A DNA stretch of 64,000 bases, taken from Lama guanicoe (lineage: Eukaryota). The position numbers and the translations under genes were made by a program. The stretch spans positions 186,001-250,000 of the forward strand of contig MU053493.1 of assembly GCA_013239625.1 (NCBI GenBank). Reading direction: 5' to 3'. The notes beneath the pieces were generated by a model. It searched no databases and was not told the DNA's origin. It worked only from the letters and a program-made list of their open reading frames with translations. Positions within the stretch are counted from its first letter, which is position 1; each line of letters starts with the position of its first letter. This document shows positions 12,025 through 26,156 of this stretch, one piece after another.

Positions 12025-13794
12025 ACTGAACTTATGCAAATAACTATGTTGCCATAAATATAAGGATACTCATTGAGACTTTAGAATTCTGGAGGTTCAG
12101 ATGGGGTAAACAATAGTTGTTATATCTGTGTTCACAAAGGTATAATATACCAAACTGCAGAAAGTTATACCTAGCTTAAGATAAAAGAATTTCCTTCAAT
12201 CTGGAAAAGAAAATTTAAAATCAAAAACAATAACATTAAAACCTAAGGATGTTTCAAAAATGTCTAAAACATCAAAATTTCCCCCATCAATTCATTCAGT
12301 CACAGGGAATTCATTCTTATTTTGCATGATTGGTGCCTAACAGTTTTAGTAACTCATCAATGTTGTCTTTCCTTCTGGATAGTCTTACTCAGTCTAGTGG
12401 CATGGATTCAAATTTGTTGTTCACATTCTGCCAACACAGAGCTTTCTTGCCTGTAGCTAACTGTAAAAACTTTCAGAAAAAAACTCAAATTATCACATTA
12501 ACTGTGTGTGAGTGTTAAATGACTTAAAATGGTCATGGTTACAGTTCTTCTGAGAGCTCATTCTATAAATAAAATTAGTTATTTATATGGCAACAGCATT
12601 ATAACATAATAATATCTGGACAACTAGTTTTGACAGATATCTATGTGCTTCATACCATTCCTGGAGTAACTGTATTAGTGACATATATCCACCTCATATA
12701 ACCTAAGAAGCTTTACCATCACTATCATTTAATAGTGTTTTCCATGTAATTAAACATACCAAATAAAACAGAATATTTCTGCATCTCCCTTTTCCAAGGC
12801 AAGGAACAACTTTTCCAGGAGGTTTCTGGCAAATCCCAAGTCAGTTTGAAGTAAAAAAAGACTCCCTTTAAAAATTGATTTTGAGGAGTTATCAGCAATG
12901 TCAAAATATTTGAACACTTGACTAAGACCCCAGGCAACTGTGAAACCATACTTGTCTATGTATTTAACCAAAGTGACAATTAAAATATTTCAAAAGCAAA
13001 TACAGAAAATGACATGGCTGTAAAAAAATATGTAGATCTTTTAAATTGAGAAACTCTATTTTTTAAGTTGTCAAATAAATGATAAAGACAATATGAAGGA
13101 CAGGGAATGATTTTAAAAGACAAAATTTTGGCTTGCCAAGCAGAATACTGAAGTAAAAGAAAAACTTTTTTTTTGCCATTTTTTATTAATGCAAACCTGT
13201 AATCTAAGAAAATATTGCTTCTGTACAATAGAAGACAACTTAATTTTGATTTTGCGTCAGTGTGCTTTTATTTATAAGGTTAATTATAAAACCTTGTAAA
13301 TAAACCTATTCAAATTAGCCAATTTTACCTTACATTATAAAATTCCTTTTCAAGATTCTTTTTCTCACAAACTTTCTAAAACTTTGTTTTGTTTTGTATT
13401 TAATATCCATTCCATTTTATCTAATATGTTCCCTCTTTTCTATTCTGGAATATTAATCATTAATTATTCTATTTGAGATTAATCATTCTATTTTCAAAAT
13501 TGTTCATTATTTCCTTAACAGAAACACATCCTTCATCACTCTTCTCATCAAAAACACATCTTACTTTCCTTGACTACAGAGTTTTTCTTTACCCTTATTA
13601 GTCCCAGTAGTTTCAAGTACATGTATTATGAGAATGTCTCAATATTATTCCTTTCTTTTACAGAGAAAATTCAGAAGTAAGCAATTATTAACTTTGGCCC
13701 AACAGTATCATTCTGTAGCAAATTTATGAATACACCATTTCAAAATTTTCTAGTGACATATGTCCTTTTCTTGCTTATAATTAATTCCTAATTT

Positions 13795-14065
13795 TATAAG
13801 TTTGACCTGTACACCCAGGAAACCATCACCACTCTCAAGACAATGGCCATACCATTCCCCCCAAAAGTTTCATTGTGATCCTTGGCTGTCCCTCCTCTTT
13901 GTCCCTCTCTTCCTTCTTATCCTCAGGCCACCACTGAGCTACTATCCATCAGTATAGATTCGTTTGCATTTTCTGAATTTATATCAATGTAAGCACACAG
14001 TATGTACTTTTTGTATACTTGATTTCACTTGGCATGATCATTTTGAGATTCCTCCATGCTTGTGA
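13795..14065 (-). mobile_element. Old LINE-1 3' UTR fragment (L1MB-like)
   Basis: Contains aaaccatcaccact..ccccccaaaagtttc..caccactga..tagattcgtttgcattttc, typical of old L1M 3' ends. Confidence 0.6.
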
Positions 14066-14669
14066 CTTTTTTGAAGTACAATTTCTCATGTTGGTAAACA
14101 GACTCCAGAATTTTTAGATTTTTAAAATTGTAAAAATCAGGTGCCAAGGAGATAAACATATGTTTACTAATTAAATTTCTATATTTTAACCTTATTAGGG
14201 AATGATGTAGATATCTAATGAATATCTATTTTATATCTGACAGCATATAGCTTTAGTGTTCAAGTTACCAAATAAGCTTATGAAACTGTTTTTATGTGAA
14301 CTTTCATAAACATAATTATTACAAAACATAAGTATGAAAAACATGATTATTATGCAACATATTATAAATCATATAAAACATAAAACATTTATTAACATAT
14401 TCCCTTACACATTTTATATGATTTACATCTGCTTAATTCAATTCTGTTTAACAGTTATATTTGATTTAATCATAAAAGTTTGATGAGCTAAACAACACAT
14501 CTAGCCATTATCCCAAATTTTTTTGGTGGCATAGTACAAAATTACCAAATATCAGAAGCAATCAATATAAAAATTTAAACATATTCTCCTTCCTTTTTTC
14601 TCTTCCTTTTTTTATTTGTCCTGTTTTGATATGCATCACATGATTTTTGCTTGTTTGTTTGTGTATTTT

Positions 14670-15090
14670 TAAAAAAATTTAATATACTTTATTCTTTTAG
14701 AGCACTTTCAGGTTCACAACAGAATTGAGTACAAAATAGAGTTCCCACATAGCCCTCTCCACCTACACATATATTCCCCTACCCTCAACTTCCCTCATAA
14801 GTGTGGCATATTTGGTACAAATGAAAAACCAACATGGGCACATTATTATCAATCAAAGTTCATAATTTACATTAGGGTTCACTCTTGATGTTGTATATTC
14901 TATGGGTTTTGACAAATGCATAATGACATGTAGCCATCACTATAGTACCATACAGAAAATTTCCATTGCCCTAAAATGCCCCTGTGCTCCATCTATTCAT
15001 TCCTCCCAACCTCCCTTTCCCCAAACCAATGGAAACAACATTCTTTTTATTGTTTCTGTAGCTGTGTCTTTTCCAGAATGACATTTTGTT
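14670..15090 (-). mobile_element. Old LINE-1 3' end (L1MC-like)
   Basis: Contains tactttatt..ttagagca..ggttcacaacagaattgag..gacaaatgcataatgacatg; homologous to 43020-43540. Confidence 0.7.
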
Positions 15091-16719
15091 TGAATTTTTT
15101 AGCTTTTCTAAGCTTTCATAAATTGCTGAAAATCATGGGTGATTAATTTTTATTAAACATTTTGTTCTAAGGGTGGATTTATAGTTCTATAATTCTAAGC
15201 ATCTAGTGTAGATAATTTAAGCTTCAGTTTGACTAATAAATGTAGATACAAAAATAGTATGTTGCATTATATTTAATGCTGAGAACTTGGAAGTTATAGC
15301 TGTTTTATTTTACCAATAATTTAAAAACCTAGCTTTATCTACCAGAGATTATCCCACATCATGGGAATGTTAAAAACTGAATGTGTTCTTATATTTCATA
15401 TGATGTTAGGAATACCTAATATTCTGTAAGAAGCACTTGGTTTTTCTCTAAGATTATTTAAGCAGAACTCCTTTATGGGATTTTAAAATTAACTTAGTAA
15501 TAGCACCCATGGGTAGAAAAATGTCAAGTGTACATAACATGCATGTATGAACACATTCATAAGCACATACAAAAATACAGATATGCCAACAGAGATCTTA
15601 CATTTTCATTGTAAATCTTATCCACAAGTCAGTAAAATACAGTGATATAATCACACTGGTTTGTCTCCACTTTATATTTCATCCGAATTTTTATGGAGAA
15701 GAATTTTAAAATGTCCTTTTGCCCTGACATATAATCTGATTACAGTTGTAGATTCAGTTTAAGTTCAGTGACTGAAGACAAATTTAGCAGTATTCTGGGT
15801 GTCTCTAAATCATCTGAACAGGTAAAACATTTAGTTCTATTTTCAAATAGCCTTTTGTTCTCTGTTCAACCTCAGGTGTTTCCTTAACAGGGTCACTTAA
15901 TACCTGGAGAGCCCTCAATGGAAGGCAGGGGGCATAAAGTTCAGATGACCACAGAGAGTGGAGGGGCCAAGGTGGGAAAATTCTGGCTGGAGGACAGAGG
16001 GATTGAGGAGGTAAAGATTTGAAGGGAGGAATGTAAAAGAATCAAAGGAATTGAAAGGAAAGTTTAAAGGTAAGTAAAAGGAGGAGGTAGATGCAGCTGT
16101 GATGGAAAGGGACAGGTTTTAAAGAAGCCAGTGTGAGAATACCTTAAATTTCCAAAGAGTCCATTGAAGTTTCAAGTTATCCTTAGGAAAACAATGCCAA
16201 GAACAAAGAAGCAGAAAGAGTTAATGGGGAACATTTTCAGTAGGGGTTCAAGAAGATGCTCTCCAGTCCAAGGAGAAACTCCCAAGGCCTTAATTATTGG
16301 TAACCACATACTTGTGAACAGAAACTTTGGAGTCTCAGTCTAGTATCTGCTGGTCTAGCACCCTAAACCAAGTACTTACAACCAGTGCTTGTTTTGGACA
16401 CTGACTCAGCTAATTAATGGCTGGGACTCTCACCCAGCTTCTTATAAACAGAAAACCCAGCATTGTAACCAAAACTTTCTTTGTCTGGGACTCTTAATAC
16501 AGCTTCTAGAAAATAATTCAAATTTTAAGAAATAAAATCTATTGCCACCAGCTTCAGGGGATCTTTGTCTGGAGTACTTGTGTGGGAGTTGAACGCACCA
16601 CTAGATCCTTGATTAGTCAGAAGTGAAGACAGTCTTCCTAAGTGCACAGTTATGGTCCTGGGTGAGTGGTCCAGTGCCCCATTGATGAATCTGATCCTAT
16701 CCCACTTGTAGTACCATAA

Positions 16720-17135
16720 TGTCAAACAGAAGCCACAGGTTCAATTAGTAAAACAGATTTTATTCAGGAATGTTGCACTAGGGGAAAGGAAGCCTTAGTA
16801 TGGAATGGGCTCATTTCCACCTATTTCATGGACACCTGGGAATTTATAGCTAAGGAGTCTGACGTGTGTCAGTGGATGGACTATTATAAGAGGAAGCATC
16901 AAGTGTAGGGGCAATTCTACCTGAATCAGTTTAACAGGATTCTTGGATTCTTGCCAAAGACAGGCCTGGCCGATCAATACTCACCTGTCAGATGTTGGAG
17001 GATGCAAAACCTGATTGATACAGAGAGTGTTTAGACATGAAAGATGAGGGACTCTTGCTAAACAGACTTAACTGGTGTCTTGCAAAGGAGTTTTCAAGAA
17101 AGTGCACAGGTGGACATAGGGGACACCCAGCTCTT
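16720..17135 (-). mobile_element. MER67-like 5' LTR of unit A
   Basis: Shares aaaacagattttattcagga..gggaatttatagc and acaggattctt..tgctaaac with the LTRs at 33068 and 50118; adjacent to a PBS-like motif. Confidence 0.7.
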
Positions 17136-17349
17136 TTTGTTACAAGATGGCCTTCAGTGTTCTGGAATACTTGGAGCATTTCAGTTGTTCTTCCCTCTGC
17201 ACAGCCACCTCCCATGCAGGAAGTGGACTTTGGGAGGACACAGACAGGAGGAACAGGACTGCTTGTACCAAATCCCTAACCACAGTTGTATGCAGCCCTG
17301 ATGGGCAAATCTGCTAAATTACCATGAGCAGCGATTCCTCCAGTGTTTC

Positions 17350-18168
17350 TGTTGGGGTCATCTGATTATTTCTGGGTTTCCTGGAATCTTCTCTCTAATC
17401 TGATTAGATTTAAAAATGATAATGACGGTTTCCAATAGTAAGCAGAGCAATGGTAGACAATGGTGTGAGCTGATTATAGAGATTAATTTCCTTGTGTCTG
17501 GCTGTTTACACTGGATCCTTCTTTCATGAAAACTGCAGATTTTATTTTTTTTCTTTCTCCCTTACTGAAATAGACGGTAAACTTGGTACAGCTTTGCCTC
17601 ATCTGTATGCAAAACTACTGCCAAAACAATCATTCATGGACTTAAAGAATATCTTGTCCACTGTTATGTTATGTTATACACCATTGTTTCAGATCAGTGA
17701 ACATACTTCATAGGAAAAGAAGTGTGGCATTGGGTCCATGTGCATGGCATTCCCCACCGTTCTGAAGTAGCTTGTTTGACAGAATAGTAGAAGGCTTTTA
17801 GAAGACTCACAGAGCCAGGTGGCAGGACATTTGTTACAAGGCTGTAACAGGGCTTTCCAGTAGGCTGTATATGCCCTTAATCAGCAGCCATTGGTGTGCT
17901 CTTTCCTTATATCCAGTCTTCATGGGTCCAAGAATCCAGGGATGGAAAAAGAAATGGCACCATATTTACTTCCTGTTCCCCCAACCTAATGCTCTCTTGA
18001 CCTAGAGCTCTAAGATACACAGGAAGGACTGCTTCCCATAATAGACAAAGCAGTGATTTCCCTGGATGGAAGTGAAGAGTGTCACCTGGCCACATTGGGC
18101 TTCTAGTGCCTGTAGGTTAATGTGCATGGAAGGGAGTTTGGGTGCTGGCTAGGGTGATTGATTATGAC
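17350..18168 (+). mobile_element. ERV-L internal remnant (gag start fused to integrase/dUTPase region)
   Basis: 17370-17480 resembles 53850-53950; 17500-18168 is collinear with 49430-50117. Confidence 0.7.
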
Positions 18169-21100
18169 TACTCTCAGAGAAAATCCACAGTTGCACAATA
18201 GGTAAAATGATAAAAAGCAGATTTATTCAGGATCCAGGACTATTGTAATGGGGTAAAAGAGCCCTCAGTATTGAACCAGGGTCAATTCTGCAGTCATTTC
18301 ACCCTATTATTCAAAGGATTGAAGAGAGATTCTTTGTCCCCTAGAATAACATGAGTCCATTTCTTCTGAGATAATCTTTTATTCATTAAAGACCTGCTAA
18401 GTTTTCTGATGATATTTGGTAGTAGAGGTTATGCTTTATGGTGTTAGCTACCAGACGTTTAAAGAAGTGAAGCCTTTATGAAAATAACAGGGAGAAAAAA
18501 AGACCAATATAACAATCCGTTTATGTTTTCAGAGGGAAGACTGTTGAGATTTCTTGACAGTGCACTAAAAGCACTATTACAATGTGGCTACATATCACAG
18601 TGGGAATCTAATGGATTTCCTGGTTTGCAGCTGGAAGTTCTGTATTGATGGCATTGGGTTTTCTGTTGAACTTTCTGCTTGGTGCACACAGAAGTAGGTA
18701 TGATGTTTGCACACACATGATCATTTGTGGTAATTTATTGAGGTATATGCAACATCAACTTATAGAAATTCATGAATAGGGAAATTTTGGTTCTCTGCAA
18801 TTCCAAGTCAGAAAGGAGAAAAATTGGAAATAATAATTTGGAGAGTCATAGGCAGATACTGGAGGAAACTAGAACTCAGGCTTTTGTATAGACTGGCAAA
18901 ATGTCCAAGATGTAATCCAAAAGAGTAGAGTGCAGTTTTCCATTGAAACATAATTTTTCTCACTAAGTTCACCAACATTCAATCAGAAAAAAAGTAAGAT
19001 AAATTTTTTGCAAGGTAATCTCATTTCATTGTACTCTGCCTGATCATTTGCATAAGTGCAAGAATAGTGATAAACCCAAAGGCCTCTTGAGTTTGCTTTG
19101 CTGGAACTTTCCATATGACTATTCAGCATCTCTCCAGGAAGGAAAATGAAGTCCAGGACTCACCAGGAAATTGTGCCAATACTACCTGTACAGTTGGGTG
19201 AATTCCTTTCTTCCAGGGATTCCAAAAATGTCTTGAGATTTGTGGATCTGTCATGAAGTGACCTTCCTTACTGAACTGTAAGTTTGGAAATCCTTTAAGA
19301 CAAGTACAGGCTCTTACATCCAATTGGTTTTATAAGCATTGGCTCCCTAAATCCACTTTAGTTCCTTTAAACTATCTAGTTCTACCTCATTCTATGCACA
19401 TCTATCTGTAATATGACATTCTAGTCAAATCCTTGGTAATGTAATCAATGTTTCTGATTGTGTTCTTTGGACAAGGAGAATAGATTCTTATTGAATTTAT
19501 TCTTATTCAATTTATGATTTCTTATTGAATCATATTCTCATAATAGTAAGAATGCTTACTAAGGGTTTTCAAAGTGTAGGACAGAAGTTAACAAGTAAAA
19601 TCATTGTTGCATCCTTGTTCCCCAAGGATAAATTTCCTAAATTGCTGTAAGTACACATAGTATAAGAAAAAAGTTTCCTTAATTGTTGAAAGATGAACAT
19701 TCAAAAAAAAAGCAGTATTTCAAACAAATTCATCAAGGATTATAATGGCACTCGTTAGTTCATTGAAATCCATGAAATTTTTTTTCTCACATTTCTTGGG
19801 TTAGCAGTTATTTGATTCCATTGGCTTTTTCAGTACTTTTGGAAATTTCTACTCAGACTAAAATCATAGTCTGAAAGTTATTTAAGTAATGCTGTCAGTG
19901 ATAATTCCTGCCTGTAGCCAATTGTAAACACTTATTTTTAGAAGAGTCAAAGTCAAATACTAACTGTGCAAATGTCAAATGACTTAAAATGGTCATGATT
20001 AAAGTTTTGATGAGAGGTCACTTGATAAGAAAAGTTAGTCATTCATGTGGTATATAAAACATGTTAATAACTGCAATAAGCATATTGACAGATTTCTATG
20101 AACTTCTTACTATTTGGGAAATACCTGTATAGTAAGTAACACATATCCACACACAAAGAAGCTAAGGTTTATCATAACTTCTTAGTTGGCATGAAATTTA
20201 AAATACCAAGTACACCTGATTAGTTTAGCATCTCTATTTTTCAAGATGGGAGGCAAATTGTTAAGATTTTTCCAGAGGACTCTGTTGAGTTCAAATATTT
20301 CATTTGAAATTTGATTTTAGGAACGTGTTAAATATGTAAAAAGACACGACTAAATAAGATGGTAGGTCATTATAAAACAATTATTATTTGCCTATTTAAC
20401 CAAACTGACAACTAAGAGATGTCAAGTCACACACAGAGACACATATTCATAAAACAGCTAGCTCTTTTAATATTGAGAAGACTGGGATTTCTTAAGTAAT
20501 CAAATAGCTGCTAAAACAACATGAAGCACAGGAAATTATTTTAAGGAGCAAAATCTTGCTTTCATAGAGGGATTAATTGAATAGTAAAGAAAAATATTTA
20601 TTATCATTTGTCTCAAGGTATTTTTTAATTTCAGCTTTGATTTCCTCATTGAAGCATTGTTTTCTCAATATATATTGTTTAACCTCCATGCTTTCCTATT
20701 TTTCTTCTTTGTTTCTATGTTGTTGATTTCTAGTTTCATGGCATTGCAGTCAGTAAAGATGCTTGAGTTAATTTCTATCTTCTTAAAATTGTTGAGGTTT
20801 CTTTTGTGCCAAAGTACATGATCAATCCTGGAAAATGTTCCATGTGCACTTGAAAAGAATGTATATCCTATTTTGAGGGGATTAAATGCTCTGAAAATAT
20901 CCACCAAATCTAGTTTTTCTATTGTATCATTTAATTTCTCTGTTTCCTTATTTATTTTCTGTCACTCAAAATCTATGGGACACAGCAAAGGCAGTGTTAA
21001 CAGGGAAGTTATAGCAATACAGGCCTTCCTCAAACAAGAAGAACAATCTCAAATAAACAATTTGACTCACCAGTTGAATGAATTAGAAAAAGAAGAAAAA

Positions 21101-24100
21101 AGCCCCAAAAGACAGCAGAAGGAAGGAAATTATAAAGATCAGGGAGGAAATAAATACAATAGAGATTCACAAATCTGTAGAAAAAATCAAATCAAGCTGG
21201 TGTTTTCAAAAAGTAAATAAAATCGACAAACCTCTGGCCAAACTCACAAAGAAGAAAAAAGAGAGAACACAAATTAGCAAAATAAGAAAGGAAAATGGAG
21301 AAATTACAACAAATATAATAGAAATACAGAATATCATACGAGAATATTATGAAAAATTAAATGGAAACAAACTGGATAACCTAGAGGAGATGGACAAGTT
21401 TCTGGAAACATACTGTCCACCAAGACTGAATCAAGAAGAAACTGAACAATTGAACAATCTGATCACTAGAAAGGAAATAGAAATAGCAATAAAAAACCTC
21501 CGTACAAATAAAAGTCCAGGACCGGATGGCTTCACTGGGGAATTCTACCAAACTTACAAAGAACTCACACTAGTCCTTCTCAAACTCTTCCAGATGATTG
21601 AAAATGAGGTAATACTCCCAAACTCATTCTATGAAGCCACCATCACCCTGATACCAAAACCAGGCAAAGACACTACCAAGAAAGAGAATTATAGGCCAAT
21701 ATCGCTGATGAACATACATGTAAAAGTCCTCACCAAAATATTAGCAAATAGAATCCAACAACACATAAAAAAGATTATACATCATGAACAAGAGAGATTC
21801 ATCCCAGGGACACAAGTGTGGTTCAACATACGCAAATCAATCAATGTAATACATCACATCAACAAGAGAAAGGACAAAAACCACATGATCATCTCAATCG
21901 ATGCAGAAAAAGCATTTGATAAAATTCAACACCCATTTATGATAAAAACTCTCGCCAAAGTGGGTATAGAGGGAACATATCTCAAAACATCATAAAAGCT
22001 ATATATGACACACTAACATCCAGCATAGTACTCAATGGTGAAAAACTCAAAAGCTTCCCACTAAAATCTGGGACAAGAAAAGGATGCCCACTATCACCAC
22101 TCCTATTCAACAAAGTCCTGAAAGTCCTAGCCACAGCAATCAGACAAGAGAGAGAAATAAAAGGGATCCAAATTAGAAAAGAAGAGGTAAAAGTGTCACT
22201 ATATGCTGATGACATGGTACTATTTATAGAAAACCCTAAAAGGTCCACACAAAAACTACTAGAGCTAATTGAACAATTCAGCAGGGTAGCAGGTTATAAA
22301 ATTAACGCTCAAAAATCAGTTGCATTTCTTTACACTAATAATGAATCAACAGAAAAAAATTAAAGAACCAATCCCCTTTAAAATAGCACCCAAATTAAAA
22401 AAAAATCTGGGAATAAATCTAACAAAGGAGGTGGAAGAATTATACACAGATAACTGTAAACTATTGATGAAGGAAATTAAAGAAGACTTTAAAAAATGGA
22501 AAGATATCCCATGCTCTTGGATTGGAAGAATCAATATTGTTAAAATGGTCACACTGCCCAAGGCAATCTACAGATTTAATGCAATCCCTATCCAATTACC
22601 CAGGGCTTATTTCACAGAACTAGAACAAATCATAATAAAATTTATATGGAACCATTAAAGACCTAGAATTGCCAAAACATTATTCAAGAGAAAGAAAGAG
22701 ACTGGAGGAATAACTCCCCCAGACTTCAGACAATACCATAGAGCTACAGTCATCAAGATAGCATGATATTCATACAAAAACTGACATATAGATCAATGGA
22801 ACAGAATAGAGAGACCAGAAATGAACCCATATAATTTTGGTCAACTAATCTTTGACAAAGGAGTCAAAAATATACAATTGAATAAAGACAGTCTCTTCAG
22901 CAAATGGTGTTGGGAAAACTGGACAGCAGCATGTAAAACAATGAAGCTAGAACACACCCTTACACCATACACAAAAATCAACTCAAAATGGATCAAAGAC
23001 TTAAACATAAGACAAGATAAAATAAACCTCCAGAGGAAAACATAGTCAAAACATTATCTGACATACATCTCAAAAATTTTCTCCTACAAGAAATAAAAAG
23101 AAGAATAAACAAACAGGACCTAATGAAACTTACAAGCTTCTGCACAGCAAAGGAAACCAGAAATAAAACAAAAAGACAACCAACGGAATCTGAGAAAATT
23201 TTTGCAAATGAAACTGACAAAGGCTTGATCTCCAAAATATATAAGCAACACATATGACTCAATAAGAAAAAAATAAACCCAATCCAAAAATGGGCAGAAG
23301 ACCTAAACAAGCAATTCTCCAAGGAAGGCATACAAATGATCAACAGACACATGAAAAAATGCTCAATATCCCTAATTATCAGAGAAATGCAAATCAAAAC
23401 TACAATGAGATATCACCTCACACCAATCAGAATGGCCGTCATTCAAAAATCCACAAATGACAAATGCTGGAGAGGCTGTGGAGAAAGGGGAACCCTCCTA
23501 CACTGCTGGTGGGAATGCTCTTTGTTGCAGCCACTGTGGAGAACAGTGTGGAGAGTCCTCAAAAACTAGGAATAGACTGATTGTATGACCCATGAATCCC
23601 ACACCTGGCCTTATCTCCAGAAGGAACCCTACTTCAGGATGACACCTGCACCCCAATGTTCACAGCAGCACTATTTACAATAGCCAAAACATGGAAACAG
23701 CCTAAATGTCCATCAACAGGTGACTGGATAAAGAAGCAGTGGTATATTTATACAATGGAATACTACTCAGCCATAAAAACCAACAACATAATGCCATTTG
23801 CAGCAACATGGATGCTTTTGGAGAATATCATTCTAAGTGAAGTAAGCCAGAAGGAGAAAGAGAAATACCATATGATATTGCTCATATGTGGAATCTAAAA
23901 AAAAAAACAAAAACAAACAAACAACAAAGCTTAAATACAGGACAGAAATAGACTCATAGACATAGAATACAGACTTGTGGTTGCCAGAGGGGCAGAGGGT
24001 GGGAAGGGATAGACTAGGATTTCAAAATTGTAGAATAGATAAACAAGATTATACTGTATAGCAGTGGGAATCACAGAGGAAAAAATGTGATAATGAGTGT

Positions 24101-24725
24101 GTATATGTCCATGTATGACTGAAAAATTGTGCTGAACACTGGAATTTGAAACAATATTGTAAAATGATTATAAATCAGTAAAAAATGTTTAAAAAAAGTA
24201 ATAGAAAATTTTTTTTAAATTTCCTATTGAGGACAGATCAATAATCTCAGTAATTTTTTTGTTGTTTTAGGAGAGGGACAGAACCCAATTCTAGTGTTAC
24301 ATAAGTGTAATATTAATTTTATGAGTAATTTTAAAATAATTTAAATTAATCCATCAAATCGATGCCAGTTTCCAATATAAAGTTTCTTTTCCTAGATTAC
24401 TTTCCCTCAAATATTCCCCAGTTAAAAAAATGCATTCAGTTTTTCATCTTATTATTTACTTTTTCTCATTCTAGCAAAGCATAAAATCTATTTGTTAACA
24501 AAATTACACTCTTTTCTCCCTGAAAAAACAGACCCTTCATGTCTTTCCTTAACAACACATCTTACTTTCCTTGAATAAAGGGAAATTTTTTCTTTACTGT
24601 TGTTATTCATAGGGGGATTCACATATATTGATTTGAATTGTTAACCATTAGTCAACTTTCTTTTACAGAGAAAAGTAGAAAATTAGCAGTTTTTAAACTT
24701 TTTGCCATATAGTATCATTCTCCAC
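18169..24725 (-). mobile_element. MER67-like partial LTR (18169-18295) plus internal region, unit B (resumes at 32946-33010)
   Basis: Collinear with units A and C; host sequence is continuous across the L1 at 20600-24197 and the ERV at 24726-32945. Confidence 0.65.
20600..24197 (+). mobile_element. LINE-1 with 5' inversion: 20600-20962 inverted (-), 20963-24197 (+); ORF2 frameshifted
   Basis: Endonuclease-region ORF on minus (HGTFSRIDHVL), RT fragments on plus ([31 protein letters not shown] at ~22202). Degenerate TSD agtaaagaaaaatattt / agtaatagaaaattttt. Confidence 0.9.
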
Positions 24726-25074
24726 TGTTTCAAAAACCTGAATCCTGTCGAGAGATCAAGCGGCCCACGGAGGGATGGAAAACTCAGGATTATTATGCCA
24801 ATGGGCCCAGAAAAGTGAACACCCAAAGCTCTGGATCCCATCTGTACGTTTACAAAGGATTTTATGGGGTGTTAGGTTTTGATTAAGTTCTCACCGCATA
24901 CAAATGAGGTATTAGAAATGGAGCCATCAGGAGTGAGCATTTGGGAATCAATAGAATTTTAGGGGTGAATTTCATTTTCTTAGAAGTAACCCATTTTACA
25001 GAAGCACAAAAGTGTGAAGGCAAAGGCCTTGCCTGGGAGGTCTTGCTGGTCCCTTTGTGGGTTTTTCCCCTTCA
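24726..25074 (-). repeat. 3' LTR of PBS-Thr provirus
   Basis: TG...CA ends; near gap-free alignment to 32598-32945. Confidence 0.9.
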
Positions 25075-25143
25075 CCCCCCCTTTTTGATGTTCTCTTTAC
25101 TCCTAGAGTGATCATCAATTTTCCTCAGGCTGCAGATACTCAC

Positions 25144-26087
25144 TCAGTGTCTATATGGCCGGGATCTTAACACAAGCTGTAACATATAGGGATACCATCT
25201 GTCTATTAGGACATCTGTGGCCCAGTTGAAGAGAGCTGTGGTTTGCTGAACTATCTCCACATATACTTGGCTGGTCTCACCTTTGGTGCTGTTTATGGGC
25301 AGGATAGTTTCATTGCACCACCTTGTCACATTATGGGCTTGGCCTCCCCACGTAAAATTTAGTTCTGTGTTATTCATATAGTATACATCATATTCATTAT
25401 CAGCCGCCCATGGGTACCTGGTTGTCTCATTGAAAGACAAGGTGTAATTGCAGTAGGCCTCTTTAACATATACTATCTCATTGCCTTCATCACTATATAA
25501 GCTTTGGAAGCATATTGAGATATTTCCCATTAGTTTGATTGCATACTCAAACTATAATCCCACGGGGGGCCTGGCTTTCTCATACCAATGTGGATGGGAT
25601 CCTACACCTGCTCATGCTCTCTCGGTTTTCTTTCAGACAATAGCATAGAACCAACTTAGAGATAGTGTTAGCATCATTAGGTCCTCCAGAGGGGCAGGAT
25701 AGGCCAGGAGGGGAAATGTAGGCATATCATATTTTGTGTCCTCTTTTAGGCGAGCCCAGCATTCCCTATGCTTGGCAATCCCTGACATTTGAGTTACCTC
25801 TTGGCTCCATGGTTGTGTGACCTTTCATCATGCAAAGGGGAATTATCCATAAAAGCAGGACAAGAGTTACAAGTCTGGCCAATCCTCGCTTTGCCTGAAG
25901 AGAGAGCCAGGTCACAAGCATAGGATATTTGTGAGGCATCCTACCTCAAGGAGATATGAAATTGCCAGTAGGAGTCTCCTGGATATGGCCAGTTGGCAGG
26001 AGCTACTACAGTCAGTCCTATAGCGAGGGATAGAGTAAGGATAATTATGGGGAAGAAAAGCAAGGGTTGGCAATGCCCAGTCATCAT
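25144..26087 (-). pseudogene. Short env-position region: small hydrophobic ORF plus N-glycan-rich ORF, no TM subunit
   Basis: Lies between the pol stop (26157) and the PPT. ORF 25144-25530 has 8 N-x-S/T sequons. No CX6CC or immunosuppressive-domain motif seen. Confidence 0.55.
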
Positions 26088-26156
26088 AGCTGGGATCCCT
26101 ATTAAAAGGGGCATTTTGATTAATCTGTCTCAGTTTGTCCTTAGTGACTGACTTCC

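Larger units (their letters stand above)
2895..16719 (-). mobile_element. MER67/MER4-group non-coding ERV internal region (unit A), interrupted by several younger insertions
   Basis: Segments 2895-3860, 5272-5553 and 12025-16719 are collinear with 18296-20595, 34016-37685 and 60000-61700. Bounded by LTRs at 372-627 and 16720-17135, with a PBS-like TGGTACTAC at 16716. Confidence 0.65.

Noticed and set aside
17145..17350. Possible exon of a gene inside the array unit
   Set aside because: No convincing splice or ORF signal and no counterpart recognised in the other units.
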